A DNA stretch of 64,000 nt, taken from positions 1-64,000 of the IMG/VR virus record IMGVR_UViG_3300025264_000007. The stretch is one strand, 5' to 3'. Positions 17,202 through 26,865 of the stretch are shown one piece after another. The notes under the pieces were generated by a model. The model was given only the letters and a program-made list of their open reading frames with translations, searched no databases and was not told where the DNA came from. Position numbers and translations under genes: made by a program. Source of the DNA: a virus. How positions within the stretch are numbered: the first letter of the stretch is position 1; every line of letters begins with the position of its first letter.

Positions 17202-17399
17202 TACTCATCCCTCTCTAGTGCTTTTGCGCTGCGTGCCGCCCACGCTCCCATCCTACAACTATGCTTTAGCACAAAACATTGAAGCTTCCAGTTGATCGCT
17301 AAAATAGCGACGAAAAATTTTCTCTTCACCGCATTATATCGTTTTTTCATCTCTCACCTTTAAACTCTCGTTTTTTCTTTGGAAATTTTTTTGTTACGG

Positions 17400-17624
17400 C
17401 TATTCATCGCTAATACCGCTAATCACTTCTACATGTTTAGTTCGCACCCAATAATCACGTTCCCCGCTGCGCACCTTGCAGTAATCGGATAACACAGCCC
17501 CTTGCTCAGATGGATCCTTGTCAAGGGTGCAGTCAACGGCAGTCATCAGCACTCCAATACCGGAGACTTGAGTGCCGTGCTTTCCGTAGTGAAACTTGAC
17601 CAAGTCGCCCACATTATACATCAT
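17400..17624 (-). CDS. Small SH3/KOW-like protein (YNVGDLV)
   Basis: GDLV motif, GIGV, C-terminal VEVIS. Confidence 0.65.
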   Translation of the reverse strand: MMYNVGDLVKFHYGKHGTQVSGIGVLMTAVDCTLDKDPSEQGAVLSDYCKVRSGERDYWVRTKHVEVISGISDE

Positions 17625-17848
17625 TCCGTCTGAGCTTTCGAAACCAAATAGAATTGGTCATAGCTCCAAAGATGTTTTTCACCAGTGGAGCAGACATAAC
17701 CATAAAAATGTTTTTTACTGCCGCCAACGGTGTCAACCACAAGTATAAGACCATCCGTTCCCAAGAGCGGTTTATCAGTGAGAGCGCAGTTAACTCGGCT
17801 AGCAGGCTTGAACCTAAGCAGGTCGCCCACGTCAAAATCCGTTATCAC
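17621..17848 (-). CDS. Small SH3/KOW-like protein (FDVGDLL)
   Basis: GDLL motif, C-terminal YLVS. Confidence 0.6.
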   Translation of the reverse strand: MITDFDVGDLLRFKPASRVNCALTDKPLLGTDGLILVVDTVGGSKKHFYGYVCSTGEKHLWSYDQFYLVSKAQTE

Positions 17849-18071
17849 TCAACCACTCCTTATATTGCCGGCAATGCGATAAAAATACATAACCCGACCA
17901 AGTAGGGAATTGCACCGTAGCTTGATCAGCACCTTCTGGCCAAGTTCGGATCGGCAGTAAAGTGTTGGCGTCAAAGATATCGGTGATCACTCCGAACTCC
18001 TCACAGCCGCCCCCATATTGCCATACAATGAAGTTGCCGACGTCAAACATTATGTGACCAAGTGCCGGCAT
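17832..18071 (-). CDS. Small SH3/KOW-like protein (FDVGNFI)
   Basis: Motif + FGVITDI + VQF. Confidence 0.6.
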   Translation of the reverse strand: MPALGHIMFDVGNFIVWQYGGGCEEFGVITDIFDANTLLPIRTWPEGADQATVQFPTWSGYVFLSHCRQYKEWLSDNGF

Positions 18072-18276
18072 GTTTTTGGGCTTTCTCTAGTTCATAGCTC
18101 ATGAACCATAATGGTAAGGAACTGCTGGGAAAAGATACTGCGTATTGGGTAACGGCTCCGGAGTCAAAGATTGCCTCTATCACGAGCCCGACCTCAGAAC
18201 GGTTGGAAAAAACTGAAGTGATGCTTTTGTGCCCGCCCGTGCGACGCCGACGAACGATATCTCCGGGCTTTATCAT
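18043..18276 (-). CDS. Small SH3/KOW-like protein (IKPGDIV)
   Basis: Motif + VGLVIE + YAVSF + ELEK. Confidence 0.65.
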   Translation of the reverse strand: MIKPGDIVRRRRTGGHKSITSVFSNRSEVGLVIEAIFDSGAVTQYAVSFPSSSLPLWFMSYELEKAQKHAGTWSHNV

Positions 18277-18385
18277 GTAGTAACCGTTCCGAACATGCTG
18301 AGGATTTCTTTATAGTTTATTATAGCATACACTTGCGCAGCTTTCTAGCCTAGCCGGCGTACATTCTTTTTTTTCTTGTTTTTTT

Positions 18386-18679
18386 CTATGCGTGTGCTAG
18401 CTGTGCCCAGCCTGCAACCCTACAGAAGTGAGAGTGAGTTGGGTATTCCCAGAACTCTTCGTTTTCCATGAGCTTCTCGTAGGCAGCGTGTATCATGGGT
18501 GGGAGTTCTTCCCATACTTCATCGGCATCTGCTGCCAACTCCGGCAAAGATAAGCCAGCGTCGTGATTAAGTAGAGGGGTCATTTTTTCTTCCTTTCTCT
18601 TTCGAGCTTTTCTATGAGTCTGCTTGCTAGCGTGTGTGCTAGCAGTTCCCGTGTATCGGGGGATGTTAGATGTTGACAA
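18386..18679 (-). CDS. Hypothetical protein (start uncertain, possibly ATG 18583)
   Basis: ORF track; GGAAG upstream of the internal ATG. Confidence 0.45.
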   Translation of the reverse strand: MSTSNIPRYTGTASTHASKQTHRKARKRKEEKMTPLLNHDAGLSLPELAADADEVWEELPPMIHAAYEKLMENEEFWEYPTHSHFCRVAGWAQLAHA

Positions 18680-19024
18680 TCATTTTTTAATACCTTCAAA
18701 AAGAAGGCTTTAGCTTTTCTGTGGTGTTTTTCTCTAAAGTATACTTCGTGTGACATTTTAGTCTAATATCAAAAATCTCTAAAAATTAGCTATCCGTTGT
18801 GAACGTACCTAGCACAGACCGTACCCCCACCGGGGCGGGTGGGAGATACATTAGGGGGGCAGGCAGGGGCTCCCGTCTTGGCAGGATACTATAGCGGTTG
18901 CCGCTGTCAAGCTTTAAAGCTGGCAGGGGCTATCAGCAGCAGGCAGGCGTAGGCGCTGGCGTTGCTGGTGTTCGCTGTTACTCTCTCCTATAGTTTTCAT
19001 TCTTTTATTTGTTTCCCGCAAAAA

Positions 19025-20266
19025 CTAAGCGTCGATCGCGATCACACGCTCATTGGTTTGGAAGTAGGGGCGAGCAGCACCACGCTGGTCAGTCATCCAC
19101 ATGCGTTGGGCCTTGCACCGCTTGGGCTTGGGAGCTTCCATATCCGTCAGAATAATGACACCGTCAAAGCTATGCTTATTGACATAATCGGTGGGAGCAT
19201 CGAAGCAAGTGCCGCCGCAGGATACCCGCTCAGTCTTCTTGTTCTGCCCCTTCTTCCAGACGTAGACCTTATCCTCTGGCACCTCAGTATCAAAGGGGAT
19301 GACCGTGAACTCTGCCAGCTTTGCCAGCCCATTGAGTTCAGCGAAGAAGCTCTCTAGCATGTGATCGCTGACAGAGCCCGACTGGTCGATGGCAATGGCA
19401 ATCTTTGCCTGCCGCAGCACCTTCTTGCCAGGGTGGATGTAAGCGTAACGCTTGTTGATCCGCTTCACACTGGAGCGACGACTAGCACGCTGGCTGGTCT
19501 TGATGAAGTAGCGGAGCACCTTGCGCCAGTCTACCTTAGTCTCTAGTCTTTTTATAATCTCTTGTTTTACTTCCGCCGAAACCGAGCCCCAACCTTTAGC
19601 AGCTTGGCTAGCTTCTTGGGCAGCTTCTTTGAGCGCATTCTTGAGACGTTCCTGAGCCATCTGGTTAGCCTCTGCCGGCATGTTGCCGTCATCCCAACCG
19701 GAGTGGTCGTCAAAGCTACCAGGCTCGCCGGCACCACCGCTGTCGCCTGCCTCGCTGCCTTCACTACTGTCGCTACCTTCGCCGTCTTCGGTAGACTCGC
19801 CGCCATCACCGCCGGCAGAGCCTTCACCTTCTTCTTCGCCACCATCTTTCTTAATGTTGGCAAGGTACCACTCGGCACTCTCACCCGCAGGCAGATCAGC
19901 GAAGGGCCCGACACCAGGCATGCAAGCCAGTTCGGGCAGTTCATCTTTGAGGTGGCTGTTGATAGCCAGATCAGCCGCGATGTTCCACGTCTTATGGGGA
20001 ACGCCTTCAGGCTTGCGACTCGTAACATGTTCGAAGATCAAGTGGTAGAACTCATGCTTGAGAACACCCTTGACGTGCTTTTCGGAAAGACTGGCAAAGA
20101 ACTCGGGGTTGTAAACCATCTCGAACTGTGCCGTCTCAGGGTTCACACGCACACCCGCTGTTGGGATGGCAGTCGTAGAGATCTTTTCGATCCGACGGCT
20201 CAAGGCTGCGAAGAAGGGCTCTTCCATCAACAGTCTATAGGCGTGAAGGCTTAGATCAAAACTCAC
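19025..20266 (-). CDS. Metallopeptidase (HExxH) + VWA domain protein (DUF2201-like)
   Basis: PTAGV, YNPEF, VLKHEFYH, WNIAADLAIN, acidic Gly linker, DDH..W, AIDQSGS, GGT.F, ILTD. Confidence 0.88.
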   Translation of the reverse strand: MSFDLSLHAYRLLMEEPFFAALSRRIEKISTTAIPTAGVRVNPETAQFEMVYNPEFFASLSEKHVKGVLKHEFYHLIFEHVTSRKPEGVPHKTWNIAADLAINSHLKDELPELACMPGVGPFADLPAGESAEWYLANIKKDGGEEEGEGSAGGDGGESTEDGEGSDSSEGSEAGDSGGAGEPGSFDDHSGWDDGNMPAEANQMAQERLKNALKEAAQEASQAAKGWGSVSAEVKQEIIKRLETKVDWRKVLRYFIKTSQRASRRSSVKRINKRYAYIHPGKKVLRQAKIAIAIDQSGSVSDHMLESFFAELNGLAKLAEFTVIPFDTEVPEDKVYVWKKGQNKKTERVSCGGTCFDAPTDYVNKHSFDGVIILTDMEAPKPKRCKAQRMWMTDQRGAARPYFQTNERVIAIDA

Positions 20267-20286
20267 AGTGCCTCTCCCTCATTCAT

Positions 20287-20314
20287 ATAATAGCATGGAT
20301 ACACTACTTGTCAA
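20287..20314 (-). promoter_or_regulatory. Early-type promoter (ATCCRTG class)
   Basis: TTGACA-AGTAGTGTATCCATGC-TATTAT. Confidence 0.8.
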
Positions 20315-20332
20315 CTTTTATTTCGTTCCCTT

Positions 20333-20365
20333 AAAAACAAAACCCAGCGTTTGTGCTGGGTCTTG
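20333..20365 (-). terminator. Intrinsic terminator after MoxR gene
   Basis: CAAGACCCAGC-ACAAAC-GCTGGGTTTTG + TTTTT. Confidence 0.8.
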
Positions 20366-20396
20366 CCGATCTCAAAGGAGTCTGGAGAGAGAGGGA

Positions 20397-21440
20397 TCAG
20401 GCTCCCAAGATCTTGGAGAGGTGGGTTCCAACCGCTCCTTTGTTTGCCCCGTGGAAGTTGACCACGTTGCTTTGAATGCCGCCCGTGGAGATCACACTCC
20501 AGAGCTTCATGGCTGCTTCGCTAGGCAGGCTGACGAAGTAGTTAGCCAGGTTGGCAACTTCCTTCTCAGAGAGTTCCTTCTTGCAGACGTCTTCAGCCTC
20601 GACCTTTTCGATCATGGCACAGTGCTCGTTGAGCGAGAAGGCTTCCAGAGTTTCGCTGCGATCGCCAGCTAGCAGTTGGGCAACCGTCACAACCCGCTCG
20701 TAGTTCTGAGCGAAGTCGTTGAAGGCAACAGCCGCTTCGAAGCCGACGAAGCTTTGAGCCAAGGTGAACATGGCAGGGGAAGCTTCTTCCAGAAGATCAG
20801 CCTTTACCAGCACATCGTTCAGCCGATGCCAGGAGCGACGGCTGGGATAGCGTTTGTTGGGCTCAATGTCAGCGTTATGCTCAAGGTGAGCACGGTTCTG
20901 ATTGATGAAATCCCAGATGAGGCCATCAATATTTTCTTTGCCCCAAGCCAACCAATCTTCTACCGTGGGCTCAATGTCCCAGACCGACCAGCGATCGAGT
21001 TCAGCAGGATCCATCTCATTGACCTGATACTGCTCGCCATGCTCGCCGCCGTTGATGGCAGCGAACACTACGGTATCCGGGTGAAGATGATGACCGTTCA
21101 GCTTCCGGCTGTCGGTCAGTTCGAAAATCCCCTGCCGAACTTCTAGGGTAGCGCGGTCAACCTCGTCGAGGAAGAGCACAACCGGTTGCTCGCAGGATTC
21201 TTTGAACCAGTCAGGGGGATTGAAGGTGGTGCGATTGCCGTCAATGCTGGGAAGACCGACAAGGTCTCCCTCGGTCATTTGGCTGGCACGCCGTTCAACA
21301 ACAGGCAGTTCCATGTTGGCGGCCAACTGGTAAACAACCTGGCTCTTGCCGACACCGTGGCGACCACGGAGCAGAACTGGCAAGCGAGCAGCACTCACTG
21401 CGGGAGCCAGCTTGACAAAGGTTTTGAAGTCTACAGACAT
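20397..21440 (-). CDS. MoxR-type AAA+ ATPase
   Basis: GRHGVGKS, GDLVGLP, LFLDEVDR, AAIN, MDPAELDRW, PSRRSW. Confidence 0.88.
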   Translation of the reverse strand: MSVDFKTFVKLAPAVSAARLPVLLRGRHGVGKSQVVYQLAANMELPVVERRASQMTEGDLVGLPSIDGNRTTFNPPDWFKESCEQPVVLFLDEVDRATLEVRQGIFELTDSRKLNGHHLHPDTVVFAAINGGEHGEQYQVNEMDPAELDRWSVWDIEPTVEDWLAWGKENIDGLIWDFINQNRAHLEHNADIEPNKRYPSRRSWHRLNDVLVKADLLEEASPAMFTLAQSFVGFEAAVAFNDFAQNYERVVTVAQLLAGDRSETLEAFSLNEHCAMIEKVEAEDVCKKELSEKEVANLANYFVSLPSEAAMKLWSVISTGGIQSNVVNFHGANKGAVGTHLSKILGA

Positions 21441-21464
21441 TGTTCTCTCCCTCTCTCCAACTGT

Positions 21465-21492
21465 ATAATAGCATGGATAGGGTATCTGTCAA
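21465..21492 (-). promoter_or_regulatory. Early-type promoter (ATCCRTG class)
   Basis: TTGACA-GATACCCTATCCATGC-TATTAT. Confidence 0.8.
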
Positions 21493-21765
21493 CTTTTAAA
21501 TGCACTTTTAACGCTTTTTTCTTGCGTTTTAAAGCCAATGGTGCTCGAATTGACAAAGACCCTTATACTATGTATTAGGCACCTCAAGACAAACGCCCCC
21601 AAACGCTGACAATATCTGACACACGCAGAAAACGTTGGTATTGCTGGATTTCTATTATCTTTTAACCATCCACAGCAGACAAACCAAACAGTTACAGCAC
21701 TGTGCAACTTTTGCAGTCAGTTCTGTCAACTATGCATCATTTATTTGCAGCAGGCAGAGAGCACC

Positions 21766-22239
21766 CTAGAACTTTAGTTTAGATAGGTCTGTGTTCTCTA
21801 TATAATCTTCTATAGATCCTGTATGATTCTCTGCCTCTTCTAGCATGTCGTAGATGGAAAATGTTTTATCTTTTTTGTTTGGTGCCGCATGAAGCTGACC
21901 TGAGAATATCCTGTGAACTGTAGAGGGATTAACCTTCATAGCCCAGAAGCGTTTAGAGAATGCTTTTGCAGTTTCCCTTGTGCTTAACCTATACTGTTGT
22001 TCCTTTATCCAGGCTATGTGCTTCTCGCTTAATTTATGCGTTCTTTGTTTTCTTTTTTTTGCGCGCCTTTGATTTGATGCTTTGGTGTCAGCATCATAAC
22101 ATTTTCTACAACGAGAGCGGAGACCGTCTTTAGCAGACTTGATCTTCGACTTGTAATAGTGTTCGACCGGCAACGTCTCTTTGCATTTTGTGCAAGTCTT
22201 AACGTGGTTGCCGCCCTCGTCGTAGAACGCATGTGGCAT
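21766..22239 (-). CDS. Zn-finger + HTH-like DNA-binding protein
   Basis: KTCTKCKE...DGLRSRCRKC; STRETAKAF..VNPSTVHRI. Confidence 0.6.
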   Translation of the reverse strand: MPHAFYDEGGNHVKTCTKCKETLPVEHYYKSKIKSAKDGLRSRCRKCYDADTKASNQRRAKKRKQRTHKLSEKHIAWIKEQQYRLSTRETAKAFSKRFWAMKVNPSTVHRIFSGQLHAAPNKKDKTFSIYDMLEEAENHTGSIEDYIENTDLSKLKF

Positions 22240-22354
22240 CGCTACTCGCGGTTATTGTTATTGAAGCTTTTGGCAGTGAACGCGAGAAACTCAAAGGCTA
22301 GCTTAGTCACAAAAAAGCCTCCCACCAACGCAGCGGCAATTACGATTGCCGTTT

Positions 22355-22816
22355 TCATCCGTCTGTTCCAGTAGGGGTGATCTCCACCAGTTCAATAGCG
22401 AAGTTTAGCGTCTTGCCTGCCAGAGGGTGATTCACGTCGAAGGTGACCTCCTCATCCGTGCTGCTGGTGACGGTGGCCATCACCGGCTGTCCGTTGGGAG
22501 CCATGAGCGGAACCTCTGATCCATCCGTGAGATCCAGATCCTCCGGAAACACATCGCGCTGAATAGTGGTGACTGCTTCCGCGTTGGGATCGCCGTAAGC
22601 ATCTTCCGGGTCGAGGGTGATGGTGCGCTTTTCGCCCGGCGTCATGCCGGCAACTGCTTGGTCGAACCCGGCAATGAGTTCGCCGGATCCGAGGGTAAAT
22701 GTGAGGGGAGTTTCGCGTTCGTATGAATTGTCGAACTCGCTCCCGTCATCGAGGGTGCCGCGGTAGTGAACCGCAACGGTATCGCCTGTTTGGGCTGTGG
22801 GGGTGGTGGTTGTCAT
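22355..22816 (-). CDS. FKBP-type peptidyl-prolyl isomerase (SlyD/FkpB-like)
   Basis: VAVHYRGTLDDGSEFDNS, LIAGFD, PEDAYG, DVNHPLAGKTLNF. Confidence 0.93.
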   Translation of the reverse strand: MTTTTPTAQTGDTVAVHYRGTLDDGSEFDNSYERETPLTFTLGSGELIAGFDQAVAGMTPGEKRTITLDPEDAYGDPNAEAVTTIQRDVFPEDLDLTDGSEVPLMAPNGQPVMATVTSSTDEEVTFDVNHPLAGKTLNFAIELVEITPTGTDG

Positions 22817-23355
22817 GAGTTATCTTCTCCTAGATAAAAGTCTTTACAGACTTGTTCGAATTTATTAATAGCGTTCCACAAAAGTGTGTCGAGGTCATCG
22901 ACTCCATGGTCAGGATAGTTGTCGTCGTAATACCTGGCCACTTCGTCAGCATCAAGGGACAGGAGTTCTTTGTCTTGCAGAACCTCCCCATCCATGCAAG
23001 CGTAGCCCCCTACTCGGCACTCGTCCTCCGAAATAGTTGTCATGGTGACTAGCCGATTCTGAAAATATGAGGTGTCGCGACTCGCAGCTAGAACCCAACC
23101 TTTGGGTCTCTCCCACTTTGTTTCCAAAGTAACGAGAAGGCGCTCAGTAGAAGGATCGTAATCGTAGTCAGCGACCTCTATCCACCCCACGCTACTCCAC
23201 TCGTCAGCATTAGGCACAAGTTGGAACAGTAACGAGTCTGACCCAAGCGCAGCACCTGTCGCATCATAATCGAAGGCAAAATCTTCTGCTTGCTCAGGCG
23301 TAATACCGTAAACGGTGACGTAGCTTCGGGTGGCGTCAATTTTAGTGCTCGTCAT
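22813..23355 (-). CDS. Hypothetical acidic protein
   Basis: ATGA overlaps on both sides. Confidence 0.65.
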   Translation of the reverse strand: MTSTKIDATRSYVTVYGITPEQAEDFAFDYDATGAALGSDSLLFQLVPNADEWSSVGWIEVADYDYDPSTERLLVTLETKWERPKGWVLAASRDTSYFQNRLVTMTTISEDECRVGGYACMDGEVLQDKELLSLDADEVARYYDDNYPDHGVDDLDTLLWNAINKFEQVCKDFYLGEDNS

Positions 23356-24116
23356 CTGTTTTCTCCTTTTTCTAGGTGATTACAAAGATTATCTAGTCGT
23401 TCCAATGATTTTTCTAGATAATCTTCTTCTATTTCACACCCTTTAAATGATCGTTCTGTGTTGGCGCAAGCAATCATCGTCGATCCACTCCCGCTAAAAC
23501 AGTCTAACACAATATCGCCAGGGTGTGTATGGGCTTTAATCATTCTTTCAATTAAAACGATAGGTTTTTGGGTAGGATGCCATCCGGCGTATTCTTTGCT
23601 CGTGGTGTGATTGTTTTTCGCCCACACATCAGTCGGAATCTTCCCCAGGGGGTTATTTTGGGCTCCGGCCCGCACATTTTTGGGCATTTTGTAAGGAATT
23701 CGCACGTTGTCGGCATAAAATGGGAACTCTTTTCCCTTAGAATACATTAAAACATCTTCGTGCTTGCGAGGGAACTTTTTCCTTGTGCGGCCGCCCCAGT
23801 CATACGACCAAATGATCCAATTCTGGTAGTGAGCGTCCGGAATATTATTCAATACGTCTAGCTTGTAGCGTAAAAAGGTGTCTTTTTTGGTAGTTCCCCA
23901 CACATAAAAGCAGGCACCCGGCTTCATTACGCGAAAACATTCTTTGGTCCATTGGTCGCACCATCTTAAATAGTCTCCCTCGGAAGCCCACTGGTTATCC
24001 CAGGAATCTTTGATAATTTCAAAGTAAGGAGGGTCAACAATGACCAAGTCTATTGATTCATCCGCCACCGTCTTGAGGTAGGAAAGGCAATCAGCTTTCT
24101 GAAGATCCGCTGTCAT
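23352..24116 (-). CDS. Beta-class N6-adenine/N4-cytosine DNA methyltransferase
   Basis: VDPPY, HPTQKP, VLDCFSGSGS. Confidence 0.9.
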   Translation of the reverse strand: MTADLQKADCLSYLKTVADESIDLVIVDPPYFEIIKDSWDNQWASEGDYLRWCDQWTKECFRVMKPGACFYVWGTTKKDTFLRYKLDVLNNIPDAHYQNWIIWSYDWGGRTRKKFPRKHEDVLMYSKGKEFPFYADNVRIPYKMPKNVRAGAQNNPLGKIPTDVWAKNNHTTSKEYAGWHPTQKPIVLIERMIKAHTHPGDIVLDCFSGSGSTMIACANTERSFKGCEIEEDYLEKSLERLDNLCNHLEKGENR

Positions 24117-24366
24117 TTTCTCTCACAATTATCTCGACGTCAGTAGTGTCGGTTTCCATCTCAATCCATACTCTTGCTCCACAACTCAAAGGTTTGTGGG
24201 GTCGATAGATCACCTTGGCTAATTCTATACCATCTTTGGTTTTGATTATAGCTTCGTGGGCATAATTATTTTCTTTATATGTTTTTACCGTCAAAACAGG
24301 CTCGTCAGTTCCGTGCTTTGTGTTGCGCTTGATGACGTGTTGGTTAACGTGGATGATCTTTTTCAT
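24091..24366 (-). CDS. Conserved-looking phage hypothetical protein
   Basis: IHVNQHVI..N...EPVLTVK...KPLSCGARVWIE. Confidence 0.7.
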   Translation of the reverse strand: MKKIIHVNQHVIKRNTKHGTDEPVLTVKTYKENNYAHEAIIKTKDGIELAKVIYRPHKPLSCGARVWIEMETDTTDVEIIVRENDSGSSES

Positions 24367-24379
24367 ACTAGCCCTTTCA

Positions 24380-24409
24380 GAGCAGGGCCAGCTATAGCTG
24401 GCCCTGCTC
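24380..24409. repeat. Perfect 30-bp palindrome
   Basis: GAGCAGGGCCAGCTATAGCTGGCCCTGCTC. Confidence 0.85.
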
Positions 24410-24417
24410 CTTGGAAG

Positions 24418-25593
24418 TTACTCGTCTTCATCATCAACGATGAACGAAGGATCATCAACAGGAATTAATCTCCCATTGTCCATCGCCTCTTTGTCTTGGA
24501 CCATCTTCTGCGGTAACCGCAACAAGTCATCATTGAGGGTGCGAGCACGATACCCCCCAGCATGCAGTTTTTCAACTGCCTCCGCCTGGGTGACTCCGTC
24601 GGGAATCTTCACGACAAGAAGCTTTTGGGTGGGCTCCCACCGCTCGCTCATGAAGGTTTCAAGGGCGTCGTCTACGGCGGACTCGCCGTTCCTCACGGGA
24701 AAGTGAACACCCCAACGAGCAACCTTATCCCAATCATCGTCACTCTTTGCGAGTTCGCCGATGAACGTTCCAAGATTACGCTCCCAATTAGCCCCATCGC
24801 CACTACAAATCCGAACCACAGCATCGGCATCATCTAGAGTGAGATGCCGATTGGCCATGTTGTAAGCGAAGTGCGCTGCGCCTTCTACTCCTTTGCCTCG
24901 ATAATTCCGCACTTGGTAAACTATTTGGCTGTTGTTGTCGATAATTCGCTGGGAGATCTCTTTTAATTTAGTCTCTGCCAGAGGATAGTTTTTCCGCAAC
25001 CAAGTATTCATAGCTTTTTTGCGCGTTTCATCGCGGACAGCCTGGTCCCCGAACAAACCGTCTACAAATCCCTGATTGAGTGCTTTTTCCGCTTCAGTCG
25101 CTGTGCAAGGCAGTTTGACCTCGGGCCCGTTAAACGATGCTTGAACTAGCATGCGCTGACCGTCGGTGTCAAAGAAATCGTGAGGTAACGTGATTGCACG
25201 AATTTTTGTGCCGTTAGCTGGGTCGAATGATTTGCACTTTTCGTTGGCAAACAAGTCGGAGACCGCCGTGAAGCGATGAACCCCCTCAATTATTTTGAAT
25301 TTCTTCGAACTGTTGGGAGCTTCTTGAATTATGATGGGAACCTCCAAGCCATTGTTCCAAATCGCTATGGTTATTTTCTTAAGGTGCCCGTCATGAGTTG
25401 TCTCCACATGGCGAATCTGACTCTCGTCATGTGGGGCTGCAATTAAAGCAAGATTTACCAGGGAGTCTTCTTGGTCTTCAATCAATTGCGTGATCAACTC
25501 TACGACCGCCGTGGTGTAAGCAACCCCCTTGAGGGATTTAATATGTGAGATCCTATTTCGCATCTCTTGGGTTTCATACCATTGTTTTTTCAT
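24418..25593 (-). CDS. ParB/Srx-like N-terminal domain protein
   Basis: QIR...I..NGLEVPIII...FKIIEGVHRFTA. Confidence 0.65.
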   Translation of the reverse strand: MKKQWYETQEMRNRISHIKSLKGVAYTTAVVELITQLIEDQEDSLVNLALIAAPHDESQIRHVETTHDGHLKKITIAIWNNGLEVPIIIQEAPNSSKKFKIIEGVHRFTAVSDLFANEKCKSFDPANGTKIRAITLPHDFFDTDGQRMLVQASFNGPEVKLPCTATEAEKALNQGFVDGLFGDQAVRDETRKKAMNTWLRKNYPLAETKLKEISQRIIDNNSQIVYQVRNYRGKGVEGAAHFAYNMANRHLTLDDADAVVRICSGDGANWERNLGTFIGELAKSDDDWDKVARWGVHFPVRNGESAVDDALETFMSERWEPTQKLLVVKIPDGVTQAEAVEKLHAGGYRARTLNDDLLRLPQKMVQDKEAMDNGRLIPVDDPSFIVDDEDE

Positions 25594-25742
25594 TTGGTTT
25601 TTTCCTCTATTTGAGTCGCATTGACTCGTTAAAAAGATCTAATATTCACCATGAATATCTTGATCGTAAATGAAATTACCATTCACCTCTCATGGTTGAG
25701 CTTCTTGTAAGATCCTCCTTCCGTCTATTCTTATATCTTATA

Positions 25743-25946
25743 TTATCCCTCTTTGGGTGAGGCGTTAAGCTTTTTTTCTAAAATAACAATGCGTGCATCA
25801 AGTTCCATTTGGATGCGGGCTACTTCGTCGAGTTGTGCAGTTAAATAATTGATAGACCCTACCAAAAGATCAAAAACTTCCTTGGTAAAGGGGAGGAAGA
25901 TATCCGCCTCCGGCGGGCGCTCAGGAGGAGTTTCGTCAGTCATCAA
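25743..25946 (-). CDS. Hypothetical coiled-coil protein
   Basis: ORF track. Confidence 0.45.
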   Translation of the reverse strand: MMTDETPPERPPEADIFLPFTKEVFDLLVGSINYLTAQLDEVARIQMELDARIVILEKKLNASPKEG

Positions 25947-26487
25947 TGTTCTTTCTTAAAATTGTCGTTCCCTCTCTTGCGAGTTTATTATATGATATTT
26001 TTTTCATCTTCTGCCGCCTCTTAGTCGATTTATTTGTATTTCTAATTGTTTTATAAGATCTGTCGTGGGTACCCGATATGCGTCGCGCAGTATCAGAGAG
26101 AGAGTGCTCTTGAAATTCGCTAAAGCCGAAGCTATTTCCTCCTTAGAATTCTTCATAGGCTGGTCAATCTGGAGTCGTCACAACGATTACTTTAGTTCTC
26201 ACACGCACGGGTCTATGCTGCTCTAGAAAAGCAGGTAATAGCTGATGACACAGCCCATGACTGCACCGAAAGCAGCACACAGCGCCACCTGAAGAAGCAT
26301 CAACTTTCTATCGTATTTGGGGAGCTTGCTTATTCTTTTCATTGGTCTTCCTTGTTTCTTCTTCTCGTTATGCTCTCTAGGAAGGAGCTAGCTGTGTTGG
26401 TTATAGCTCTCCCGAACATAAAGCCTATTACTACTACTGCTGTTGCTATAATAAATGTTTTCATTTTATTTCTTGGTGCCTTTCATG

Positions 26488-26865
26488 TCAGAATTCTTCG
26501 CAAGTTGATTCGGCTGGGTCACAGTCAAGTGGCGTTTGCCAACCGTTCTCAAGCGGGAAGTAGTAGGAGCGCACCGCATGAGGCTGAAAGTTTTGCTGCG
26601 AAGCCACAGCCAAAACCAAAAGCTTTTCGTTGGTGTTGACACCGAAAACAAATCGGCATCCCCTAAGAAGCCCAGGCACATGCTTATTGTTGAGGGATTT
26701 GGGGTCTTTGGTGAGCACCCCAACCGCAATCACCCTGCAAAACCGATAGTAGCGTTGCATCTCGACGGTGCGAACATCCAGCCGTTGGCAGCAATGCTGT
26801 TCTGGTGTGGCGGGAGCGTGTGAGCACCCCACAAATATTAATGATGTCATTAAAATATATTTCAT
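26488..26865 (-). CDS. Cys-rich lipoprotein (paralog A)
   Basis: Lipobox FVGC-SHA, CCQRL, start ATG 26865 via ATGA overlap. Confidence 0.65.
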   Translation of the reverse strand: MKYILMTSLIFVGCSHAPATPEQHCCQRLDVRTVEMQRYYRFCRVIAVGVLTKDPKSLNNKHVPGLLRGCRFVFGVNTNEKLLVLAVASQQNFQPHAVRSYYFPLENGWQTPLDCDPAESTCEEF

